NCBI GenBank assembly: GCA_028686735.1
Contig: JAQUBO010000002.1
Location: forward strand, 1-54,169
Direction of reading: 5' to 3'
From: Bacteroidales bacterium
GTDB taxonomy: Bacteria; Bacteroidota; Bacteroidia; Bacteroidales; ML635J-15
DNA: 54,169 nt
Part shown: piece after piece, positions 26,294 to 38,200 of the stretch
Position numbering within the stretch: the stretch's first letter is position 1
Layout: every line of letters starts with the position of its first letter
Notes under the pieces: model-generated
Databases searched by the model: none
What the model saw: the letters and a program-made list of their open reading frames with translations, nothing else
Told to the model about the DNA's origin: nothing
Program-made: the position numbers and the translations under genes

Positions 26294-28110
26294 GGTTTTG
26301 CATCTGTTAATTTACGCAAATTTTGACGAGCCTCAACTGTAAATATACTTCCTGGATAATCTGCAATAAGTTTAAAATATGCTTCTTTGGCGAGCTCAGT
26401 ATTTTTAAACTTTTCTTGTATTATCGCATATTTAAATAAAGCATTATCGGCTAGGATATCATAGTAGTAGGTATCTGCAACTTCTTTATAAAGTTTTGAT
26501 GCTTTAGTGTAGTTCCCAGTGGCTTCATAAATTTGGGCTTTTTTATACAATACATCATCTATTAAACTATGCGAAGGATAAAACTGTATTATTGAGTCTA
26601 AACTTTGAAAAGCCAAATTGTATTGTTTTGAAAAGATATAAAAATCTGCACGAGCAAAAATTTGCATAGTAGTTTCAGTAGTATCGAGGTTAAAATTTTC
26701 GCTTATAAACAGGCTTAGTTCCATAGCATCGTTAGCTATCAGTTTTGATGTGCTGGCTTTTAAAACATCAAGTTGTGCTTGTGCCCATTTAAATTGCCCA
26801 GTATAATATGCAAGTTTTGCTTTTCTATAACGTGCTTCGTGCCCGATAGGAGATTCTAGCATTTCTTTTTCGACTTGTGCATAAACTAAAATTGCATCCC
26901 ACGGGTTATTATTAAGAAAGTATATATCACCAAGCATTAATTTGATAATTTGTTCCTGTTCAGGTAAAAATCTTTTCTCGTTTATACATTTCTCAATAAG
27001 GTTAATTGCCTCTTGGTGTTTATCAAGATAAAAGGCTTTTATATTTACTAAGGCATATATAATTTTGTATGATTCTCTGCGCAAAACCATGCTTAATGCT
27101 TCTGTAAGCATTTGTTCCAATTTTACAAGTTCAGTTTTATCTGGGATTAAAACAGAGCTTGTTTTAACATATAGGACATTTAGATATTCTATATATGCAG
27201 AATTGTAAATATAATTCTCTTCCCCTTTATTCATAAGGTAATCAAAAGTTTCTAATGCTAAATCAAACTCTTCGTTTTCGTAAAGCATCATTCCAAAATT
27301 CAAAATATCCTTTTCACTTCCTGTTTTAGTTCGTTTATCAATAGCATAAAGTTGATTTAGGGCAACTCTAAATTTTCCGGCTTGAGTATAGTGCCATATC
27401 AGCAATTGGTTAAAGCTTATATTTTGTGGTTCTTGCTGTATTTTCTCAAAAATTGCAGTTTCAATAATAGTTTCTACGCTACCGTCAATGTCGTTTGCCA
27501 TAACATATTGTAATCTTGATTGCAACGTACTAAGTATATTAGGATTGTTTTTTAGGTGTTCTAAATAGTAGTCCATCATCCGCTGATAATCCCTTTGGAT
27601 ATAAAATAGATTTCCTAATTCCATATTAAAACTTGTCCTAAGATAAGATGCACCAGTTTTATATGTTTGCTCTGCATACGAATATTGTCGATAATTAATA
27701 AACTTAGCTGCTGCACCAAACACATTGTTTTTATTTCGTTTTACAAGTTCGATAACTTTGTTAAAAATAACTTCAGCGTCTTTAAACTTGTTTGAGTTAA
27801 AATACACCATTCCCAAGTCGATTTGGAGATAATAGTCGTTTTTATTTTTACGTATCTCCTTTTTTAAAAACTTTTCGGCAATATCATAATCTTTAAGTAC
27901 AAACAAACAACGCAAATAATAGTCTCTATTGTTTTTATAACCAGTTTCATTATATAGTTTATGATATAATTCGGCCGCCTTGTCGTACTCTTCGTTTTTG
28001 TAGTATTTTAAAGCTAATTGTGCATTGTTGTTTTGAGAAAAACTCGATAGTTGTATTACAAATAACAAATTTAAAAGTAGTATGAAACGATATATTTGCT
28101 TTATTTTCAA
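26290..28110 (-). CDS. Tetratricopeptide-repeat (TPR) protein with signal peptide
   Basis: 606 aa. N-terminal hydrophobic leader and many 34-aa A/Y/L-patterned repeats (for example ALKYYKNEEYDKAAELYHKLY and AQIYEATGNYTKASKLYKEV). It overlaps the ruvC start by 4 nt. Confidence 0.7.
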   Translation of the reverse strand: MKIKQIYRFILLLNLLFVIQLSSFSQNNNAQLALKYYKNEEYDKAAELYHKLYNETGYKNNRDYYLRCLFVLKDYDIAEKFLKKEIRKNKNDYYLQIDLGMVYFNSNKFKDAEVIFNKVIELVKRNKNNVFGAAAKFINYRQYSYAEQTYKTGASYLRTSFNMELGNLFYIQRDYQRMMDYYLEHLKNNPNILSTLQSRLQYVMANDIDGSVETIIETAIFEKIQQEPQNISFNQLLIWHYTQAGKFRVALNQLYAIDKRTKTGSEKDILNFGMMLYENEEFDLALETFDYLMNKGEENYIYNSAYIEYLNVLYVKTSSVLIPDKTELVKLEQMLTEALSMVLRRESYKIIYALVNIKAFYLDKHQEAINLIEKCINEKRFLPEQEQIIKLMLGDIYFLNNNPWDAILVYAQVEKEMLESPIGHEARYRKAKLAYYTGQFKWAQAQLDVLKASTSKLIANDAMELSLFISENFNLDTTETTMQIFARADFYIFSKQYNLAFQSLDSIIQFYPSHSLIDDVLYKKAQIYEATGNYTKASKLYKEVADTYYYDILADNALFKYAIIQEKFKNTELAKEAYFKLIADYPGSIFTVEARQNLRKLTDAKP

Positions 28111-28172
28111 TTTGTTTAATTAAAGTTTTAATAATTGTAAAATAACGAAAAAGAACTCAAATTTTATATAAT

Positions 28173-29447
28173 TTATTTAGATATTATATTAAAGCCAGTA
28201 TAATTACGCAGTATTTCTGGAATAATAATTCCGTCTTCTGTTTGATAATTTTCGATAATTGCAGCCATAATCCGAGGTAATGCAAGAGCACTTCCATTAA
28301 GAGTGTGGGCAAGTTTGGTCTTCTTTTCATTTTCAGGTTTATATCTTAATTTGAGACGATTTGTCTGAAAGTCTTCAAAGTTTGATACAGAACTTACTTC
28401 AAGCCATCTTTCTTGAGCTGCTGAAAACACTTCGAAGTCAAAAGTAAGGGCCGCAGTGAAACTAATATCGCCTCCACAAAGCCTTAGTACTCGGGAGGGT
28501 AATCTTAGTTTTATTAAGATGTTTTCCACATGCGATTTCATTTCTTCAAGTGCTTTGTAAGATTCTTCAGGTCTTCGTATTTGAACAATTTCTACTTTAT
28601 CAAATTGATGTAAACGATTTAGACCACGCACATGAGCTCCCCATGAGCCAGCCTCACGCCTAAAACAAGCTGAATAAGCCATGTTTTTTATTGGAAAATC
28701 CTTATCCGATAATATAATATCTCTGTACAAATTTGTTAAAGGGACCTCAGCTGTAGGAATAAGATATAAATTATCTGCAGTTATGTGGTACATTTGTCCT
28801 TCTTTATCAGGTAATTGTCCTGTTGCAAATCCACTATCTTCGTTTACAAGAAGTGGTGGTAGTATTTCTGTATATCCAGCATTTTCGGCTTCATCAAGGA
28901 AGAAGTTTATTAATGCTCTTTGCAGTTTTGCCCCTTTTCCAATATAAACAGGAAATCCGGCACCAGTAACTTTGTTCCCTAATTCAAAATCAATAATATT
29001 ATAATCTTTAATCAATTCCCAATGTGGCTTACTATTTGTTAGATTAGGGATTACGCCAGCTTCTTTTATTATTTCATTATCGTTTTCTCCTTTACCAAAT
29101 TTAACAGACTCGTGCGGTAAATTAGGCAATAAAACTATTAATGAGTGTAATTCTTTTTCTGTCTTAGTAAACGATAATTCGGCTTCTTTTATTTGTTCTT
29201 TAATTTCTCCTGTTTTTTTTCTTGCCTTTTCGGCTTCGTCTTTTTTTCCTAGAGCAAACAATTTACCTATCTCTTTTGAAATATCATTCATTTGCTTTTG
29301 CAAATTATCTTTTTTTAATTGATATTCTCTTCTTTTATCATCGCAATCAATAATTTCTTCTACTATATTTGTAGCGTCAAAGTTCTTGATTTTCAGACGA
29401 CTGACGACTAGGTCTTTTTGTTCTCTAATTGTTTTTACTGTCAACAT
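28173..29447 (-). CDS. serS: Seryl-tRNA synthetase
   Basis: 424 aa. An N-terminal coiled-coil arm is followed by class II motifs (FRREAGS, GLNRLHQFDKVE, GSALALPR). Confidence 0.95.
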   Translation of the reverse strand: MLTVKTIREQKDLVVSRLKIKNFDATNIVEEIIDCDDKRREYQLKKDNLQKQMNDISKEIGKLFALGKKDEAEKARKKTGEIKEQIKEAELSFTKTEKELHSLIVLLPNLPHESVKFGKGENDNEIIKEAGVIPNLTNSKPHWELIKDYNIIDFELGNKVTGAGFPVYIGKGAKLQRALINFFLDEAENAGYTEILPPLLVNEDSGFATGQLPDKEGQMYHITADNLYLIPTAEVPLTNLYRDIILSDKDFPIKNMAYSACFRREAGSWGAHVRGLNRLHQFDKVEIVQIRRPEESYKALEEMKSHVENILIKLRLPSRVLRLCGGDISFTAALTFDFEVFSAAQERWLEVSSVSNFEDFQTNRLKLRYKPENEKKTKLAHTLNGSALALPRIMAAIIENYQTEDGIIIPEILRNYTGFNIISK

Positions 29448-29808
29448 ACTCTCTAAATTTTTATCATGCGAAGTTATTAAAAATGTGGGAGATATAAAAT
29501 AAGTATTTGATAATAATCTGTTTCTGTATTCATTAGCAATTCTCGTTCTAATAACATGGCTTCTTAAAGTTTATAGGCTTATATTTATTGATTCAACTGA
29601 AATTTTAGTTGCTGCAAAGAGAGATAGTATTCGCAAAACCGAGTTTACTTAGACAGGCCATTAGTATTGAAATGCGTTGCAGTTCAGTTAAAACAGCCTT
29701 TTTTTAAAAAACAGTTTTTGTTTTTATAAACAATAGTTGTAAAATTGTTATTTATCTCAATTGTCTGCGAATATTAAATAAAAAAGAATTGTTCAATTTT
29801 ATTTTTTT

Positions 29809-29816
29809 TATCTTTG
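29809..29816 (+). promoter_or_regulatory. Candidate -7 promoter box (TAtcTTTG) for lptB
   Basis: TATCTTTG matches TAnnTTTG and lies 22 nt upstream of the ATG at 29838. Confidence 0.4.
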
Positions 29817-29837
29817 CACAAACAAGTAATATTATAG

Positions 29838-30563
29838 ATGAAGCTTTATACAGAGCAGTTAGTAAAACAATATGGGAAACGCACGGTTGTAAAGGGTGTT
29901 AGCGTTAAGGTTAAGCAAGGCGAGATAGTTGGTTTGCTTGGTCCTAACGGTGCTGGTAAAACGACCACATTTTACATGATTGTTGGTTTAATAAAGCCAA
30001 ATCAGGGACGTATTTTTCTTAATGACATTGATATAACACGCGAACCTATTTATAAAAGAGCTCGTAGGGGTATTGGTTATCTTGCACAAGAAGAATCTAT
30101 TTTTCAAAAAATGTCGGTACAAGATAATATCAAAGCAATTTTGGAAATGACAAATCTTAGTCGTAAAGACCAACTAAGAAAAACAGCTCAGTTGCTTGAT
30201 GAGTTTGGGCTTTCACGTATTCGTAAAAGTAAAGGATTTCAACTCTCAGGTGGAGAGCGACGCCGTACCGAAATTGCTCGTGCATTGGCAATTGACCCCA
30301 AATTTATTCTACTTGATGAGCCTTTTGCTGGAGTTGACCCAATTGCTGTTGAGGATATTCAAAAAATAGTAATGCATTTAAAAGAAAAAAATATTGGCGT
30401 CTTAATTACAGATCATAATGTTCATGAAACTCTATCAATAACTGATCGAGCTTATCTTTTATTTGAAGGCGATATCTTAAAAAGTGGTTCTGCCGAAGAG
30501 TTAAGTGAAGATGAGCAAGTCCGAAGATTGTACCTTGGCGAAAATTTTGAATTAAGAAGATAA
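29838..30563 (+). CDS. lptB: LPS export ABC transporter ATP-binding protein LptB
   Basis: 241 aa. [28 protein letters not shown] and [11 protein letters not shown], with typical LptB length and C-terminal tail. Confidence 0.9.
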   Translation: MKLYTEQLVKQYGKRTVVKGVSVKVKQGEIVGLLGPNGAGKTTTFYMIVGLIKPNQGRIFLNDIDITREPIYKRARRGIGYLAQEESIFQKMSVQDNIKAILEMTNLSRKDQLRKTAQLLDEFGLSRIRKSKGFQLSGGERRRTEIARALAIDPKFILLDEPFAGVDPIAVEDIQKIVMHLKEKNIGVLITDHNVHETLSITDRAYLLFEGDILKSGSAEELSEDEQVRRLYLGENFELRR

Positions 30564-30704
30564 ACCTTTTGGATATGTTATGCAACTTTGTTTTTCTACA
30601 ACATCAGATGTAAAAAATTATTATGTTTGCAAATAGTTAGGATTGGGTGCTTTATGTAGATTTTTCAGTGTAATTCCAGTCTGTTTTTTTATAGTATTTT
30701 TAAA

Positions 30705-32351
30705 ATGAAGGATATTTTTAGGCCAAAGTTATTTACCGTTTTAAAAGGTAAGTATTCAAGGCAGCAATTTACAAAAGATGTATTTGCGGGAATAATTGTC
30801 GGTATTGTGGCCTTACCATTGGCAATTGCTTTTGCTGTGGCATCAGGAGTGTCTCCCGAAAAAGGAATAATTACTGCAGTAATAGCAGGTTTTATAATTT
30901 CACTACTTGGTGGGAGTAGAGTCCAAATTGGTGGTCCTACTGGGGCGTTTATTATCATAGTTTATGGTATAGTAGCACAATATGGCACTGGAGGGCTTAT
31001 AATTTCCACATTTTTAGCTGGAATATTATTGGTTATTTTTGGTGTGTTAAAACTAGGTGCTTTATTAAAATTTATTCCGCAACCTTTAATTGTAGGTTTT
31101 ACTAGCGGGATTGCTTTAGTAATTTTTTCGACTCAAATTAAAGATGCACTTGGACTAAATACTGGAGAACTACCAGCCGATTTTATAGCCAAATGGGGGA
31201 CTTATTTTAAAACAATTGGAACTATTAACCCTTGGGCTGTAGGACTTACCTTGTTTACAATTTTTATTTCTTTGTTTTTTAAAAAAATTACAAATAAAAT
31301 ACCTGGCACATTTGTGGCTATTATTGTGATTACTTTAGTTGTGGCTATTTTTAAGCTGCCTGTAACTACAATTGAAACTGCGTTTGGGGACATTCAAGGA
31401 AGTTTTTCATTTGAGTTGCCCGAGTTTGATTTGTCAAATATTAGCGTATATTTTGCACCAGCCTTAACAATTGCGATTCTTGGAGCAATTGAATCTTTAT
31501 TATCGGCGGTTGTTTCTGATGGCATGATTGGGGGTAAACATCGAAGTAATACCGAACTTATAGCTCAAGGAATTGCAAATATTATTACGCCCTTGTTTGG
31601 CGGCATACCTGCTACAGGAGCCATAGCTCGTACTGCGACTAATGTTAAAAATGGTGGGCGAACACCTATTGCTGGAATTGTGCACGCCTTAACACTATTA
31701 TTAATAATGCTTTTTTTAGGGTCTTACGCAAAACTAATACCCATGTCTTGTCTGGCTGGTATCTTAATAATAGTCGCTTATAATATGAGTGAGTGGCGTT
31801 CATTTATAGCTATTTTAAGAGGCTCAGCATTTGATGTAATTATTTTACTTATTACGTTTTTTCTAACCGTATTAGTCGATCTTAGCATTGCAATACAAAT
31901 TGGAGTAGTTCTCTCGGCTCTTCTATTTATGAAGCGAATGGCTGACAACAGCGAGGTTATCCTTGCTGATGCTGATAGCGAAATACTAGATAATTATGGT
32001 GCTGTATCTAAAAATATTGAAATTTATGAAATTAGTGGGCCTTTCTTTTTTGGAGCGGCAAAACATTATGCCGAAATGCTAAAGAGTCATTCTTCATTGA
32101 CTAGTGTAATTATTATCCGAATGAGACATGTCCCTTTTATTGACGCTACAGGGATACATAATTTTGATGCAGTTATACGACAATTGCAATCTGCTAATTT
32201 AAAAATTATATTATCTGGTGTTCAGCCAAGTGTTAGAAAAGAACTTGACAAAGCAAGAATTAGCTTTTTATTAGGAAAAGCCAATATATTTGACAGTTTT
32301 AATGATGCCTTAAAACACGCTGAAAATTTGATAATTACTACTAAAGAATAA
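30705..32351 (+). CDS. SulP-family anion transporter with C-terminal STAS domain
   Basis: 548 aa. The N-terminal motif is DVFAGIIVGIVALPLAIAFAVASGVSP. It has multiple TM segments. The C-terminal roughly 120 aa (IEIYEISGPFFFGAA...IDATG) is STAS-like. Confidence 0.9.
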   Translation: MKDIFRPKLFTVLKGKYSRQQFTKDVFAGIIVGIVALPLAIAFAVASGVSPEKGIITAVIAGFIISLLGGSRVQIGGPTGAFIIIVYGIVAQYGTGGLIISTFLAGILLVIFGVLKLGALLKFIPQPLIVGFTSGIALVIFSTQIKDALGLNTGELPADFIAKWGTYFKTIGTINPWAVGLTLFTIFISLFFKKITNKIPGTFVAIIVITLVVAIFKLPVTTIETAFGDIQGSFSFELPEFDLSNISVYFAPALTIAILGAIESLLSAVVSDGMIGGKHRSNTELIAQGIANIITPLFGGIPATGAIARTATNVKNGGRTPIAGIVHALTLLLIMLFLGSYAKLIPMSCLAGILIIVAYNMSEWRSFIAILRGSAFDVIILLITFFLTVLVDLSIAIQIGVVLSALLFMKRMADNSEVILADADSEILDNYGAVSKNIEIYEISGPFFFGAAKHYAEMLKSHSSLTSVIIIRMRHVPFIDATGIHNFDAVIRQLQSANLKIILSGVQPSVRKELDKARISFLLGKANIFDSFNDALKHAENLIITTKE

Positions 32352-32373
32352 ATCTCACTTTAGTTCAGCTTTT

Positions 32374-33465
32374 TTAGTCTTTAGAGTTCTTTTTCCGTAA
32401 ATCCAAATACACAGGCAAATGGTCGCTATATCCTCCATGATATTTGAAACCTATATATGTTCTATTCGTTCTTTTACCGGGGTATTTATCGTCAGGCTCT
32501 AATAAAAAATCTGCATTATAAATATGAGCATTTTCAAGTTTTGTAAAAATTGAACTGGTAGTATCCATCATTCCACCACTTACAATAATTTGGTCAAGTA
32601 TTCCCCATTGTCCGTTGTATTTGTGTGTTCCTAAACCTTTTTCGTGTTCAAGATAATATGATAAATTATATAGTTTTTTTGGTTTTATATTGTCGTATTC
32701 AATTTTGGCTTTCAGTTTTTCTAATACACTTCTGTCAGTTGGATAATCGTTGAGGTCTCCCATTATAATAATATTTGCATTTGGATTAACTCTAAATATC
32801 GAGTCTGTCTCTTTTTTTACAAGACTAGCAACATGCATTCTTTTCTCTTCTGTTTCCATTTGTCCTCCCCACCTCGAAGGCCAGTGGTTTGCAAATAGGT
32901 GTAATGTGTCGTTTTCATTTGTAATACCTGATACATATAAGATATCACGTGTTGGCCCTGCTGAAACGGATTTTGGCCATTGGACTTCTATTGCTTTTTT
33001 TAATATTGGTGTAAAATAATTACTTCGGTAAAACATCGCTACATCAATTCCTCTTCTATCTGGGGAGTCATAATGAATAATTTTATAATCAGACTTATAT
33101 AAAGGGGTGTAATTAATGAGATCCTCAAGAACTTTTCGATTTTCTATCTCGCTTACCATAACAATTTGAGGCAAATCCCAGCCACCGACACCAACAATTA
33201 CCTTATATATGTTTTTTAGTTTTTGATTATATCTATATTTTGTCCAGTATCTGCCACCATCGGGTAAAAACTCTTCATCTCGTACGTCTGGGTCGTTTTC
33301 GGTATCAAAAAGGTTTTCGACATTATAAAACATTAGTCTATATTCCGAACGTGATGAGATGGTCTTATTATTTTGATCTGATAAATCTTTATTGCTTTTA
33401 CAGGCAAATATTCCTAAAAAAGCAAATATTCCTACTATAGCGATAATTTTCTTAATAACTTTCAT
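32374..33465 (-). CDS. Endonuclease/exonuclease/phosphatase (EEP) family lipoprotein
   Basis: 363 aa. Lipobox GIFAC, N-terminal MFYNVENLFD and C-terminal SDHLPVYLDL, which are the EEP metal and catalytic motifs. Confidence 0.75.
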   Translation of the reverse strand: MKVIKKIIAIVGIFAFLGIFACKSNKDLSDQNNKTISSRSEYRLMFYNVENLFDTENDPDVRDEEFLPDGGRYWTKYRYNQKLKNIYKVIVGVGGWDLPQIVMVSEIENRKVLEDLINYTPLYKSDYKIIHYDSPDRRGIDVAMFYRSNYFTPILKKAIEVQWPKSVSAGPTRDILYVSGITNENDTLHLFANHWPSRWGGQMETEEKRMHVASLVKKETDSIFRVNPNANIIIMGDLNDYPTDRSVLEKLKAKIEYDNIKPKKLYNLSYYLEHEKGLGTHKYNGQWGILDQIIVSGGMMDTTSSIFTKLENAHIYNADFLLEPDDKYPGKRTNRTYIGFKYHGGYSDHLPVYLDLRKKNSKD

Positions 33466-33612
33466 AATAAAGTTTTTTTCAAAAATAATAAAAATAAGGG
33501 AATATATCGGCCTGTAATAAAACTACCTTTATTTCGTTTTTTTACCTGTCTGCCGACAGGCAGGTCAAAGACTGAAAAAAAGGAGTTTTTTTGTAGAAAC
33601 TATATAGCAATT

Positions 33613-35184
33613 CTATTCTTGTCTTTCATAAGCACCAATATCAGGTGCACTATCAGATAGCCTACTATTGCCATCTTGATCTACAGGCACAAGTTGACCA
33701 ATTTCTTGTTTTCCTGTATCTTTAGCTGGAGACAAAGTATCTAAATGATAATCATAAGGTTTTGTAGTTTCAACAAACTCGGGGTTTAGATTCCATATAT
33801 TATCAATAAAAAAATCAGATCCTTGTATATCTTCGTATTCTTTTGACTTTATAAGGCAGTTATCGAATCTAAAGTTTGCTTCAGCATCTTCGGCAAGATC
33901 TAAAGCAATTTCATTGTCTCGTGAACCATAAATAATACAGTTTCCAAAGTATGCATTTGTTAAATCTCTGTATGATACCTGTGTTCCAGCTCCAACATTA
34001 TATGTGTAATAATTGTTTAGTATTAGTTGAGGTGTTTGTCTGTTTCCTATCCAGTAGTTAGCAAGAGTACAGTGAATAAAAGAATATTCTCCTCCTATTA
34101 GGCAAGCTAAATTATACTGCCCGCTATTTGCAAACACACAATTTTCTGCCTCTATATGAGCCCCAAGAGCATATAGTCCAACGATTTTTGAATTCTCGAT
34201 ATTAGTGTTTTTTAAAGTAACAGTTGGAATACCTGGAGTTACACAAGAATCGACTTGTAATCCAATTATACTATTTTTTATTTCTGCATAATTAATTTCG
34301 TTAAACATAGAGCCTGCCAAAAGGTGAATTCCTCCAAAAATACCTGTTGTATTTCCATAATTATCTTGTAAAAAAGCCCCCCATTGCCCAGCAGTTTCGC
34401 TATAATGCTCTTCTAATCTATCTCCTGTAAATGTAACCATATTGTCTAATTGTCCATTTACAATCAAACTGCCTTTTACAAACAAACTTGCACCACGATG
34501 AAAATACACCTTAGAGCCTGCGTTTACTGTTAAACGTACTAATGTATCAACTAAAGCTGAATTGTAAATCAAAACTGGTTTATCTGCATTCCATGTGGTA
34601 TCGTTCGAGATATAATTACCGTTTAATAAGGTAACATCTTGTCCAAAAGAAACTAATTTAACATTTTGGGTATTGCCATTTGACTCAAACATTACAGAGT
34701 CTTCCTCTATCATCTCATCTCGATTGGGATCAATTGTAACTTCAACAAATATAAAGATTGAGTCCCCTGGATAAAGTTCAATATCTTTAATATTATTAGC
34801 AGGAATGCCGTCAATATTTAATCGGTACTTTGAATTAGATCCTTTTGCGACAAATATTCTATCAATTTTTATTGATTTTGAGCTATTTGAGTTTTTAACA
34901 ATAAAGTAATTTGTTGCACTTCCAATATTCGTAAAAATTGTATCAAACTGGACAGTATCTGTTGAGAAAATAAGTTTATCGCTTGGATTTGTTGTAAAAG
35001 CATTTTTATCACATGAATTAATCGTTAGTAAGCTTATAATACATGCAGAAAACACTACAAGGTTTAATGCTTTTGAAAAACTCCCATTATGTGTATCAAA
35101 TACAGTATAAAATTTTTTATTTATTAAAAACAAGTTTTTTGTTTTCTTGCAGACACTACTTATAAATCTATTTATTTTCAACAC
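33613..35184 (-). CDS. Right-handed beta-helix / choice-of-anchor-Q-like lipoprotein
   Basis: 523 aa. Lipobox LLTINSC, repetitive N/G-rich beta-helix-like segments and the C-terminal motif DQDGNSRLSDSAPDIGAYE. Confidence 0.6.
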   Translation of the reverse strand: MLKINRFISSVCKKTKNLFLINKKFYTVFDTHNGSFSKALNLVVFSACIISLLTINSCDKNAFTTNPSDKLIFSTDTVQFDTIFTNIGSATNYFIVKNSNSSKSIKIDRIFVAKGSNSKYRLNIDGIPANNIKDIELYPGDSIFIFVEVTIDPNRDEMIEEDSVMFESNGNTQNVKLVSFGQDVTLLNGNYISNDTTWNADKPVLIYNSALVDTLVRLTVNAGSKVYFHRGASLFVKGSLIVNGQLDNMVTFTGDRLEEHYSETAGQWGAFLQDNYGNTTGIFGGIHLLAGSMFNEINYAEIKNSIIGLQVDSCVTPGIPTVTLKNTNIENSKIVGLYALGAHIEAENCVFANSGQYNLACLIGGEYSFIHCTLANYWIGNRQTPQLILNNYYTYNVGAGTQVSYRDLTNAYFGNCIIYGSRDNEIALDLAEDAEANFRFDNCLIKSKEYEDIQGSDFFIDNIWNLNPEFVETTKPYDYHLDTLSPAKDTGKQEIGQLVPVDQDGNSRLSDSAPDIGAYERQE

Positions 35185-35290
35185 AAAATCTAATTTTATG
35201 ATTAACGATAAAGTACGATACTTATTACATTAAAACATTTATATTTTCACAATCGATAATTTTGATATAAAGATAAAAGATTGTCAGTTG

Positions 35291-38200
35291 CTACCGTATA
35301 AGTGTTACAGTTCCACTTTCTTCACGCGGTTTGCCATTAAAATCAACAAACGCACAGTACCATCTGTACATTCCATTTGGCAATATTGGGTCTCCTTTAA
35401 CTGCACTTCCGTTATGGGTCCCATCCCAAGCCATTCTGGTAGGATTTACCTCGTCAAAGATATCAGTTTCAAAGACTTTAACCCCGAACCTATCGTAAAT
35501 TACAAAGTAAAACTGAGTTTTATCAATTCCATGTCCGGTAACGTAAAACACATCATTTAGGCCGTCTCCATTTGGTGTAAAAGCTTCGGGAGCATAAAAT
35601 GTAAATTCGTCATGAACTCTAATATGCTTGAAAGCCGTATCTCTACATTCATATTGGTTTTTAGCAATCATCATAATTTCATACTCTCCAATATTTTTAT
35701 AAAAATGTATTTGTGGTTCATCAGTCCATAATGTAGAGTTTCCGTCACCAAAATCCCAAAAATACAAATGACCACCTTCTGTATAATTTGTAAACTCAAC
35801 CATTGGATTAAAAACTGACACAATTTCAGGATTTCCAGCAAAGTCGGCTCGTGGTTCGGGGTAAATGTTTATCATGTTTTCGTAAGTTCTTACTCTTTTA
35901 CATCCCCATTCCGACCAAGCGGTTAGCGAGACATCATAAGTTCCAGTTTGGGAATAAGTGTGAGTTGGATGTTTTTGCACAGAAAATCCTCCGTCACCAA
36001 AATCCCACAAATATGTTTGTCCTTGTTCAGGAGTTGTTTCTGTAAAAGTGAATAATCCTGGAGGGCAAGAAGCGGTTTTATCAGCGAAAAATGCCACTTG
36101 TGGTTTTGGGTGTACAGTTACATAAATAGAGTCTTTGTCGGTGGGAGAGCCACAATCGTCTCGGACTTCAAAAACATAATATCCAGTTTCATTAGGATAA
36201 AAAGTGTAGGGCATATTTACAATGCCATGGTCAAGGCGACTAATTGTATATGGACCTCCATTACCACCAGCAATTTCCATTTCAACCATTACAGTTTCGC
36301 CAATACATACATCGGCTGGGCTACTACTAGTGTTTTGAATAGTTATAACAGGATTGACATTAACAGTTATATTTTGGGGCGGACCAAAACAACCTTCAGT
36401 ATCAGTAGTAACTAATTGATAGGTAGTGGTAATATCTGGACTTACGTTAAGCGAATTTCCATACCATGTACTTCCATCACTTCCTGTCCACACAAAATCA
36501 TAAGGGCCATGTCCACCAGTTGCATTTACCGAAGTGCTAAAAGGTTCTCCAATACAAATTGTGCCTCCCCAAGCATTGGTAACATAAATAGCTTCGGGTT
36601 GATCAACAAATGCAGAGGCAACATGAGAACATCCGTTTGCATCTGTAACAGTAACAAAGTGCATACCAGCATAAGTGGCTAAAGAATCTGCAGTACTACC
36701 ATTTGACCATTGATAATTATAAAAATCACCTGATATATCACTAAAAGGTACCCCCCCAACAACATCTACTTCAACAAACCCATCACTGTATCCAAAACAT
36801 GTTGCATTTCCTGAAAAAGTTGTTAAATAAATGGTATCAGGTTCAGTTATTTCAAATTCAATATCTCCAACACAATCATACATATCAGTAATAGTTACAC
36901 CATAATCTCCTACACAAAGGTTTTGCATAAAATCAGTTGTACTTGCCCATGTATATGTAAAAGGAGGTATTCCTCCAGTAATATCAAGTGTAGCAGTCCC
37001 AGTACACTCGCCATGACATAAAACATCTACAGTTGTTACATCAATATTTATGGGTTGGCTTACAGTAACTTTTGAGCTTTGTGGTGTATATGTACAGCCA
37101 TTAGCATCTAATACTGTAACGGTATAAATAGTTGTTTGCGGAGGGCTGAGGGTTCTACTATCTGTATTCATATCTGGTAAGTCACTCCAATCATAATGAT
37201 AAGGTTGTACACCACCTGTAGCAACGACATTTATATCAACCTGCTCTCCAAAACATATCCCTTGGTTTGGGGTTATCGAATAATAGAATTCAGGCGGATT
37301 TTCGATAAATACACTGGCTGTACCAGTACAACCAGCACTATCAGTTACTGTTACTGAATAGTTGCCCGAAAGAAGCTGTGTAATAGTTTCTGTTGGCATA
37401 AAAGTTGACCACATATAATCATAAGGTAATGTCCCCCCTGATGCAACAGCAGTTGCCCAACCGTCAACTTTGTCATGACAAGATATGTCTTCGTAATCAA
37501 TTGTTACATTAACAGCAGGAACTTCCTCAACAGTAAAACAAAAAACATCCTGACAAGCAGTTAAATTATCTGTTGCAGTAAGACAATAGTTACCAGCACC
37601 TGGTATAGTTATCCCTGCTGTAATTTCTCCTGTTGACCATTCGTACATGTAATCTCCTGAACCAATAATTGCATTAAACATTGCGCTACCAGTAGCTCCA
37701 GCACATACAGTAGGTGTGTAAACAACATTAAAATCAAATTCTCCAATATTTATTGTAATATCATCAGTATCAGGACACGTACCATAAGTGGCAGTACAAG
37801 AGTAAGTTCCCGAAGTGTTAACTGAAATACTTTGAGTAGTACTTGAGGCTGGATTATCCCAAAGAAAATCAACATCTGCTGGGTTTGCTCCCATAACATT
37901 AGCGTTTAATGTAATTGGACTTGAACATGGATCACCAATATTTATTAGTGAAATAGCAAAATTACTGTTATCAGTAATCGTGAAATTAATAATAGTATCT
38001 CCACAAGGAGCATCATCGGTTACAGTTACAGAATATGCTCCTGCCGTGAGATTAGTTATATTATTACCTGTTTGAGTTGTACTCCATTCTACTGTAGGAT
38101 TAGTAGAACACGATGAGTTGATTGTTATAGATGCAGAACCAGCTTGACCACAACCAGTGTCAATAGTTGTAAGAGTAACACTTAGCTCATCATCTGGGTC

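Noticed and set aside
33544-33565. GC-rich hairpin (ACCTGTCTGCCGACAGGCAGGT) between the EEP gene and the beta-helix lipoprotein gene; considered as a terminator.
   Set aside because: On the minus strand, where both flanking genes are encoded, it is followed by an A run rather than a U tract. It therefore does not fit an intrinsic terminator, and its function is undetermined.
35288-36682. Plus-strand ORFs (35288..35560, 35851..36045, 36098..36415, 36416..36682) inside the SprB-repeat protein gene.
   Set aside because: They are nested antisense ORFs within a 1303-aa gene with clear repeat and PKD/CTD content. No independent evidence supports them.
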